64,000 bases of DNA, taken from the NCBI GenBank assembly GCA_043756865.1, contig JAYUQG010000024.1:91259-155258 (forward strand), written 5' to 3'. Of the stretch, positions 58,156-64,000 are shown one piece after another. The position numbers and the translations under genes were made by a program. The stretch is from a bacterium. GTDB lineage: Bacteria; Patescibacteriota; Minisyncoccia; Phycocordibacterales; UBA6899. Within the stretch, counting starts at the first letter, position 1. Each line of letters begins with the position of its first letter. The notes beneath the pieces were generated by a model. The model saw nothing but the letters and a program-made list of their open reading frames with translations. It was not told the DNA's origin and ran no database searches.

Positions 58156-58842
58156 ATGCAGTTTCGTCCTCAGACCATTCTGGCCTACGTGATGGTTGCC
58201 ATGGTTGCAATCTACTTATTCTTCCCTTCCACTTCACCTGAGATAGAAACGGTGGTGGTGCCGAGTCGCCCAGATACACAGACCTTGATGAATGAGTCAG
58301 TCATTCGCATCAAGGATTTCGAACTGACCGTCCGGCTTGCTGGAGGGCATGCAGAATTTCCCGCAGACCCAAACGAGCCTGATGGCGTGAAGGGTACAGT
58401 TGAGCTGCTCCCAATCGTCGCCAAGAAGGAGGTCATTGTCGGGGAGGGTGACCCACCGCGGAAGGCCACATATGTCTTTAGCGTCGCTGTGGTGAATGCA
58501 GGGGGGAGCGGAAGCTTCTCATATCTTCTGATGTACTACGATGACGGCAAATCGCTTGGCCACGTTGCCTCCGCCGGTCTTGGTGACCGCGTAGTTATCC
58601 AAGAACTGAAAGTGGGAGAGTTTCTGGATAGGGGAGGAGAAAACTTCCCTGTGATGGTCCGCATACTTGGGCGTGAAGAAGGTGGTGCAGGTGGAAGCCC
58701 TCCACAGGTTTCAAAAGTGCTCATCTTTCGAGTCAAAAAAGACTCAGAAACATTGACTCCTGAAGTTATGTCGCCACAGGTGGTTCCGTATGTTCCGGGT
58801 AATCCGACAATCCCACCGGCTCCACCGTTGGGCGGGGATTAA
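58156..58842 (+). CDS. Hypothetical protein with an N-terminal TM anchor and Gly-rich segments
   Basis: TM ILAYVMVAMVAIYLFF. No catalytic motif. Confidence 0.45.
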   Translation: MQFRPQTILAYVMVAMVAIYLFFPSTSPEIETVVVPSRPDTQTLMNESVIRIKDFELTVRLAGGHAEFPADPNEPDGVKGTVELLPIVAKKEVIVGEGDPPRKATYVFSVAVVNAGGSGSFSYLLMYYDDGKSLGHVASAGLGDRVVIQELKVGEFLDRGGENFPVMVRILGREEGGAGGSPPQVSKVLIFRVKKDSETLTPEVMSPQVVPYVPGNPTIPPAPPLGGD

Positions 58843-58844
58843 TC

Positions 58845-58873
58845 AAAACCGCGAAAGTATCGCGGTTTTTTTA
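58845..58873. terminator. Bidirectional intrinsic terminator (AAAACCGCG-aaagtat-CGCGGTTTT)
   Basis: Stem flanked by A4 and T7. Sits between convergent genes. Confidence 0.65.
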
Positions 58874-58877
58874 TATC

Positions 58878-59888
58878 TCAGAGAGTGTACGCGCCACCTT
58901 CAAAAATTATTTCGTCGTCGACAAGTACGCGGTCAACGACGGGGAAGAGGTCGACATGAAAGCGCGCTTTGTGTGTTACGATGCCCTCCTTTTTGTATAC
59001 GCTATGCTTTTCTCCAAGCGAAAGATGCTGCCCAAGAATTCGTTCAAACGCGGTAACGTCATCGATGTAGCGTTCGCGTGTAATGGCACGATTTAGTCCA
59101 AAGCCGATTTCGCGCACCAGGGGTCGCTCGTTTGCGGTGATGCTCGCAATAACTTCGGGAAATGATGCAGGGGCATTCTCCGCCCAGCCTATAACGACGC
59201 CTTCTTTCACATCTACGCGAAAGGGTTCGTGCATAGCAACTGAGAAGTCGCTTCCCGCATACGCATAGACGACGAAGGAGCCATTCATTTGTGCAAAGTC
59301 GCGACTTTCAGTAAATACTTCTCCGATAGGGAATGTGCCGCCGATGTTCTCCATACCCGCATAGTCACCAAGATTTGGTTTCGGGGTTTCAAGCCCCCCT
59401 GTCACCACAAGTGCATGTGTGCCCGCTTCGATGCGCAGCACTTTGCAGTTGGCCAGCTTTGTTTGGAGCTTCGGTCCGATGACTCGGTACCACGATGGGT
59501 CATAGGCAAGCGCGTTGATATACACATCCCACACCTCTTCTTTGTTGCGATAGAGATGGGTGTGCTCGATAACCTTTAGCTTGAGTTTAAAGAGATGCAG
59601 ACGTATGCGAAAGTCATCCAGTCGGAAACTCGAGGTTTGGATAAGCACAACAAGGTCGCGCGGACTGAGTCCGTCGAATGCGGCAATCACTTCCTCCTTT
59701 GTCACCGTATCGAAGTCGATAAACTGTGCGTGAGGTAGCACGGTGCGATATGCAGCAGTCAGAATGTCTGTAAGACCATTTTGGGTGTCATAGACGACAA
59801 GTGCCCGCTCGGGGCTCTTGTGTTCGAGTGCAAGGGTGACCATGTCGCCGATATTCTTTGTTGCGAGCTGGAGCAGTTCCGCGTTCAT
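58878..59888 (-). CDS. Aminopeptidase (M29/AmpS-like) family protein
   Basis: …GDYAGMENIGGTFPIGEVFTE…REIGFGLN… resembles thermophilic-metalloprotease family motifs. Confidence 0.55.
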   Translation of the reverse strand: MNAELLQLATKNIGDMVTLALEHKSPERALVVYDTQNGLTDILTAAYRTVLPHAQFIDFDTVTKEEVIAAFDGLSPRDLVVLIQTSSFRLDDFRIRLHLFKLKLKVIEHTHLYRNKEEVWDVYINALAYDPSWYRVIGPKLQTKLANCKVLRIEAGTHALVVTGGLETPKPNLGDYAGMENIGGTFPIGEVFTESRDFAQMNGSFVVYAYAGSDFSVAMHEPFRVDVKEGVVIGWAENAPASFPEVIASITANERPLVREIGFGLNRAITRERYIDDVTAFERILGQHLSLGEKHSVYKKEGIVTHKARFHVDLFPVVDRVLVDDEIIFEGGAYTL

Positions 59889-60065
59889 ACCAAGAGCCTA
59901 TCGTAAATATATTGAAATACCAAATTTATTTTGTTCAACAAAAAACCCGACATTGGCGTGGATGTATCACGGTTTCCCTGAGGAGTGATCTGGGAACTGC
60001 TGTTCAGCTATAACACACTTGCTTGACTGGCACACACATTCATGTTATTTTAAAACCAGTAACAC

Positions 60066-60656
60066 ATGACAACACTTCCCGATTTATCGATAGGAACACA
60101 AATGAGTTTTGAACAAATGGTGACTGCAGTACGCGAACTTGGTGACAATGGCGCCTATATCGGCCGGCTTTGCCCTCCGCATTTGGGGCACCTCTATCTC
60201 GCCGACCTCCTGCTTCAGGCGTTTCCCAGCACGCACATGATTGGGGTCGGAAGTTGCAACGAGAAGGTTTCGTTCAAGCACCTCTTCAACTACGGTGATA
60301 AGCGCGATGTGTTGCGCCTCGTATATCCACAAGCGACGATTCTCCCAGTTCCCGACTTCGGCAACGATGCGCTCTGGTTTTCCGCCATCGATGACCAGTT
60401 GAGTGCAATGGGAAGAAATCCCAAGGACACCGTCTTCATCGGCGGGTGCGAAGAAGAAGTTGAGTTCTACTACAAGGCTGGGCGAAAGGTCTTCATCGTG
60501 AATCGCTTCGGGGGGCTCACCACCAAGGTGAGCGGCACTGAAGTACGCGACGCACTCATCGAAGGGAGACCACTTGATGGAATGCTCCATCCAAGCACAA
60601 TTCCACTTGTGAAAGAACGTTTCGTGTTGCGCTGGGAAGAATTGCGCAGCAAATAG
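60066..60656 (+). CDS. Cytidylyltransferase-like nucleotidyltransferase (HxGH), possibly NMN/NaMN adenylyltransferase
   Basis: (H/T)xGH motif in LCPPHLGHLYLA. C-terminal …KVSGTEVRD… resembles the ISST/SxxxxR motif. Confidence 0.7.
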   Translation: MTTLPDLSIGTQMSFEQMVTAVRELGDNGAYIGRLCPPHLGHLYLADLLLQAFPSTHMIGVGSCNEKVSFKHLFNYGDKRDVLRLVYPQATILPVPDFGNDALWFSAIDDQLSAMGRNPKDTVFIGGCEEEVEFYYKAGRKVFIVNRFGGLTTKVSGTEVRDALIEGRPLDGMLHPSTIPLVKERFVLRWEELRSK

Positions 60657-60720
60657 CAAACAGACAGCACCCGCATGATGCGGGTGTTTTTTTGTGTACA
60701 AAATAACACGCCTTGGCGTG

Positions 60721-61365
60721 TTATGTAATTACGATGCGCAGATTTTTTCCCGTTCTCTGTGCATGCCCGACTACTTTCTCACCGATATATATCATCGTGT
60801 CCGCAAGTGTGGAACAAACAAAAAACGCACTTGCGATATATTCTTGAAACATGAAGAGCGTTGCAGTTTCGATGCGGGAGTACTGCCTGTGCAGATACAT
60901 GTGGTACAGGGAGAGTCGGTGGGGAAGCCAGCCTGGCGCAATCCTCCGTTCTGCCAAGAGGTCAATTTCGAATTGCATCGATTCCCCCGTGTCTTCGCAC
61001 GGACGCGATATTGCCTCTTTCGGAAGCGTAATCGTGAGTGCCGTCGCAGGAGAGTGGGCGAATGACTTCAGCACAGTTTCAAATGCGGTATGGTGACATA
61101 GAGTTCCGGTGTGCCCGACAATCGTAAGTTCGGTGCAATCGGCAAGGATTTGTCGCGTAAAGTCCTCGTGCATTTCACCAAGTGACGAACGTTGGTGCTG
61201 CAGGGTGTCGCTTTTGCGTAAGTACGTGAACGCCTCGGCTCGGTTGAGAATGACGAAGATGTCTCGTTCGTCATACTGTGTAACGTGAGCGATAATTGCA
61301 GCTCGCGTGAGGTGCATTGTGTCGTAGCGGGTTTGCGGATGCACCACGAGAAGTTTCTTTCCCAT
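60721..61365 (-). CDS. Isochorismatase-family cysteine hydrolase (possibly nicotinamidase-like)
   Basis: …LLVVHPQ… N-terminal strand. …ELTIVGHTGTLCHHTAFET… has the nucleophile Cys in the G-x-C-x-x-T context. Confidence 0.5.
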   Translation of the reverse strand: MGKKLLVVHPQTRYDTMHLTRAAIIAHVTQYDERDIFVILNRAEAFTYLRKSDTLQHQRSSLGEMHEDFTRQILADCTELTIVGHTGTLCHHTAFETVLKSFAHSPATALTITLPKEAISRPCEDTGESMQFEIDLLAERRIAPGWLPHRLSLYHMYLHRQYSRIETATLFMFQEYIASAFFVCSTLADTMIYIGEKVVGHAQRTGKNLRIVIT

Positions 61366-61479
61366 AGTCCTCTCTTAACAAGTCTGTCATCAGAAAACAC
61401 CCACAGTGCTACTTTTGCAAGTTTGCGCGAAGCACACAATAAAAAAGCCCCCTAGGGGGCTTTGTGTACAAAAGTAGAT

Positions 61480-62733
61480 TCAGTCTTTCCCGACTTCGCG
61501 AAGCATCGGTGCTTCGGCTGGGCCAGTCGGGGTGGGGGTGCCACCACGGCGAGAGACAACTTCGTCTTCGATTCTGTTCTTGGCTTCGATATTGTCGTAG
61601 ATGTAGCCGAAACGCTTCAGGAAGGCGTTGAAGACATCATGCAGGATGCGCAACGTGATGATCTTGCGGATTGCGCGCAGGCCCATGCTGAAAGGCCAGA
61701 AGAAGACCCACAGGAACAGTTGCCCCTTGTGTTCGTTCTTCGTCGTGGGGCTACGCTTCGTTGCCTTGCCGATGATGTAGTCGCTGAACTCGGGAACGAG
61801 GACGGTTTTCTCGGGCGTCGAACGACCAAGTTGCTGCGACCAGTACTTCAGGTCTTCGTCGGTGAAGGGGGCGTCTTCGGCTCCCTCTGCTTTCGTGAAC
61901 GCAGCCCTGAGTCTGTTTTCTTCGTCAGAGATGGCTTTCAGACCATACTGCACATCTTGCGAGTTGAAACTGCCCATCGAGACAGCCTTGGTGGGCAAGG
62001 GGTCATCTTTCGACAGTCCCGTACCCTTGCGGAAGTCCGTGCGCAGCTTGACCAGTGCGTCCATGCTCTCCTTGAGTTGGAGCGCCAGTTGCGTCTTGGT
62101 CTCGGTGAAGAGTTCGTGCAGGAAGGCACTGAAGTCTTTCCAGCGGTACACGCTCCAGCCGATGCCGATGGCCACCCAGATGGCGATTGCAGGCGCTGCC
62201 TTCCATGACATCAGCGTTTCCCAGATGGGAAGACCACCGTAGTTCAGGAATGCGAGCATGCCGACGAAAATCAGGGTTGTGGCGAACTCGTGCGTGTCGA
62301 TGCGCTCGCGCTGTCCGCGCTTGCTTTCACGCCAGAACCACCCGATACGCGAGTCGGAATATTCCGACAAGATACCGATTGCAGCCATGGGAATGAAGAG
62401 CACGAGGGCAAACGCGAGCCAGCCGATGGTGCCCATGCCGACCAAGAGCCAGCCACCCGCAAAGAGTGCGCCGAATGCAGCGGTGACACCAACGAACAGG
62501 CCTTTGAGAAAGCCGGTGTTTTCAGATTGCGCTGTGGTTGTTTCCGCGGCGACGCGGACGACGGTTTCAGGTGCGCGGGAGGGTGTGGACTGCGCAGCAG
62601 TACCCGATGGTGTTTGCGCATTTGCCACGACGGTAGCCGTTGCAACAGTACTTGCTGTCGTCGCGTCAGCGGGCGGTTTGAAGACAAACCATCCTGCTAT
62701 CGCAAGAACTATTACGAAAAACAAAGTCTTCAT
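61480..62733 (-). CDS. Hypothetical membrane protein (417 aa): signal/TM, Thr/Ala-rich linker, 5–6 TM helices, cytoplasmic helical domain
   Basis: Hydropathy only. Confidence 0.5.
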   Translation of the reverse strand: MKTLFFVIVLAIAGWFVFKPPADATTASTVATATVVANAQTPSGTAAQSTPSRAPETVVRVAAETTTAQSENTGFLKGLFVGVTAAFGALFAGGWLLVGMGTIGWLAFALVLFIPMAAIGILSEYSDSRIGWFWRESKRGQRERIDTHEFATTLIFVGMLAFLNYGGLPIWETLMSWKAAPAIAIWVAIGIGWSVYRWKDFSAFLHELFTETKTQLALQLKESMDALVKLRTDFRKGTGLSKDDPLPTKAVSMGSFNSQDVQYGLKAISDEENRLRAAFTKAEGAEDAPFTDEDLKYWSQQLGRSTPEKTVLVPEFSDYIIGKATKRSPTTKNEHKGQLFLWVFFWPFSMGLRAIRKIITLRILHDVFNAFLKRFGYIYDNIEAKNRIEDEVVSRRGGTPTPTGPAEAPMLREVGKD

Positions 62734-62883
62734 GTCTCAATCTCTCTTTCTCACTGTGTTGTAAAGAAGGGCCTCCGTAATAACTACTACGTTTTATAAA
62801 ATTGTCAAGCGTCTCTGTTGGGAGCATGTGTTTAATTTTTCAAAATCACTTATAATAGAGTAAATCACTTAACCTCATCTACT

Positions 62884-63090
62884 ATGAATAAAACAACCCT
62901 TATTGGGATACTGCTATTTATCGCACTTTTGCTTGTCGGGGCATTAGGGTTTCTTTTGTTTGGCTCGTCGGGCAGCGACGAGGCTCGCGCGTGTACCGAA
63001 GAAGCAAAACTTTGCCCAGATGGAAGTGCTGTTGGCAGGACTGGCCCCAATTGTGCATTCGCTGTATGTCCCGAAGTCTCAAAGCTGTAG
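62884..63090 (+). CDS. Small secreted Cys-containing protein (68 aa)
   Basis: Signal peptide LIGILLFIALLLVGALGFLLFG. Four Cys in the mature part. Confidence 0.35.
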   Translation: MNKTTLIGILLFIALLLVGALGFLLFGSSGSDEARACTEEAKLCPDGSAVGRTGPNCAFAVCPEVSKL

Positions 63091-63166
63091 GTTTTTGACA
63101 TTGCAGATGGTACGGAAATCAAGTGGAGATTTGACGGAGTACTGCCCACACTTATACTGCACTTAG

Positions 63167-63961
63167 TTGGTACAACATCTTGGAGGTCGAATGACCGAAG
63201 CTATAAATGTGCGCATTCCCGACCTTATCACTCCGAAAACGGATGAAGACTTCTTTGCAATTGGCAGGTTGCTCTTGCCACGCTCGACGTGCTTGAAGAC
63301 TCAAACTGCTGCGCTTATCGTGCAGGACGGTGTCATCGTCTCGTACGGGTACAACATGTGCTGTCCGCAGGGGCAACTTTACGGCATGCCCGTAGCGCAC
63401 TGTCCTCGTGTGGACACGAAGACGGGTACCGCATATGCACTTTGCAAGCCGATTCATGCTGAGGTGGTTGCAGTCTTAAACGCATTTGGTATTAGCCACG
63501 CAGAACGCACATCGCTCTGGCATTTCCCTGGGCATCTGGTGAAGCTTTTTCAGTACAAAGACTACTTCAGGGGTAAGGCGACGTTATACTTGCTCGGTCA
63601 CTACTGGGCGTGCGAGGAGTGTGTTGCCTTTCTCAAGCTCATTGGAATAACGGAAATAAAGTTTGATGACCTCTCTGGCAATGCAACGCTCTCGACATAT
63701 GCCAGAGCAGGGCTGACTGGTACCGAAAGCGGCTGTGTCACTTCGGGGACGCTGCTTATGGGTGTGGTATCCGTTACGCTCACACCTACGGCAAGCGAAA
63801 GCGAACTCTGCGCACGCCTCGGCCTCACCACAGGGCTCTGTCTACCTAAAGAAACAGGTGTTGCACTCCTGCGGGTTCCTGCCGGGACAGAGTTTGAGTG
63901 GGCGAAGCTCCTCGCAACCGATGCTTCCGTCATTGAAGCAAACTTGATTTATCGGCACTGA
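63167..63961 (+). CDS. dCMP/cytidine deaminase-family zinc enzyme (ComEB-like) with a C-terminal extension
   Basis: Zinc-binding HAEVVAVLNA…YWACEECVAFL (H[AC]E…PCxxC-type). The start could be at 63191. Confidence 0.7.
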   Translation: MVQHLGGRMTEAINVRIPDLITPKTDEDFFAIGRLLLPRSTCLKTQTAALIVQDGVIVSYGYNMCCPQGQLYGMPVAHCPRVDTKTGTAYALCKPIHAEVVAVLNAFGISHAERTSLWHFPGHLVKLFQYKDYFRGKATLYLLGHYWACEECVAFLKLIGITEIKFDDLSGNATLSTYARAGLTGTESGCVTSGTLLMGVVSVTLTPTASESELCARLGLTTGLCLPKETGVALLRVPAGTEFEWAKLLATDASVIEANLIYRH

Positions 63962-64000
63962 CGCTACCGGCACAACACTGTGCCGGTTTTGCTTTGCAAA

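Overview
Annotation of a 64 kb bacterial window (one contig, standard genetic code; RF2 is present). It mixes core genes with several accessory insertions, and most genes are on the + strand. Compact genes and a pilus/competence theme hint at a reduced-genome uncultivated lineage; that attribution is speculative.

**Main blocks**
- **1–5.0 kb:** a type IV pilus/pseudopilin cluster (pilC 3' end, pilin, prepilin peptidase PilD, four prepilin-type genes). A highly structured, repeat-bearing leader sits upstream of the pilin gene.
- **5.1–9.0 kb:** ligA, then gatC-gatA. gatA is translationally coupled (ATGA overlap) to a membrane-anchored DUF4145/HEPN-like gene where gatB is usually expected.
- **Two tRNA clusters:** Asp and two Met(CAT) on the minus strand; Thr(GGT) and Thr(CGT) on the plus strand.
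- **Housekeeping genes:** class A PBP, glycerophosphodiesterase, a short RF2, pyrG, a Pif1-like helicase.
- **ftsE/ftsX:** separated by a 2.3 kb compositionally heterogeneous insertion.
- **SbmA/BacA-family transporter gene:** flanked by nested direct repeats. One repeat looks like a small-RNA-like element (three hairpins plus an intrinsic terminator).
- **tRNA-Gln(CTG):** followed by a ~3.9 kb AT-rich stretch punctuated by alternating direct and inverted copies of the tRNA 3' end.
  - It carries a membrane DUF2726 (PD-(D/E)xK-like) gene, a UDG-like gene and unknown genes.
  - This looks like serial tRNA-targeted islets and is the best candidate for a novel defence/mobile module.
- **44–49 kb:** an accessory cluster of small DUF/detox-type genes.

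**Pseudogenes and small elements**
- Three frameshifts fall in G homopolymers: rdgB/HAM1, and twice in a collagen-like Gly-X-Y repeat gene.
- One esterase C-terminal remnant.
- One MITE-like palindromic element.
- No CRISPR array was seen.

Every call rests on reading the translated ORFs and the DNA by eye. No database search was run.
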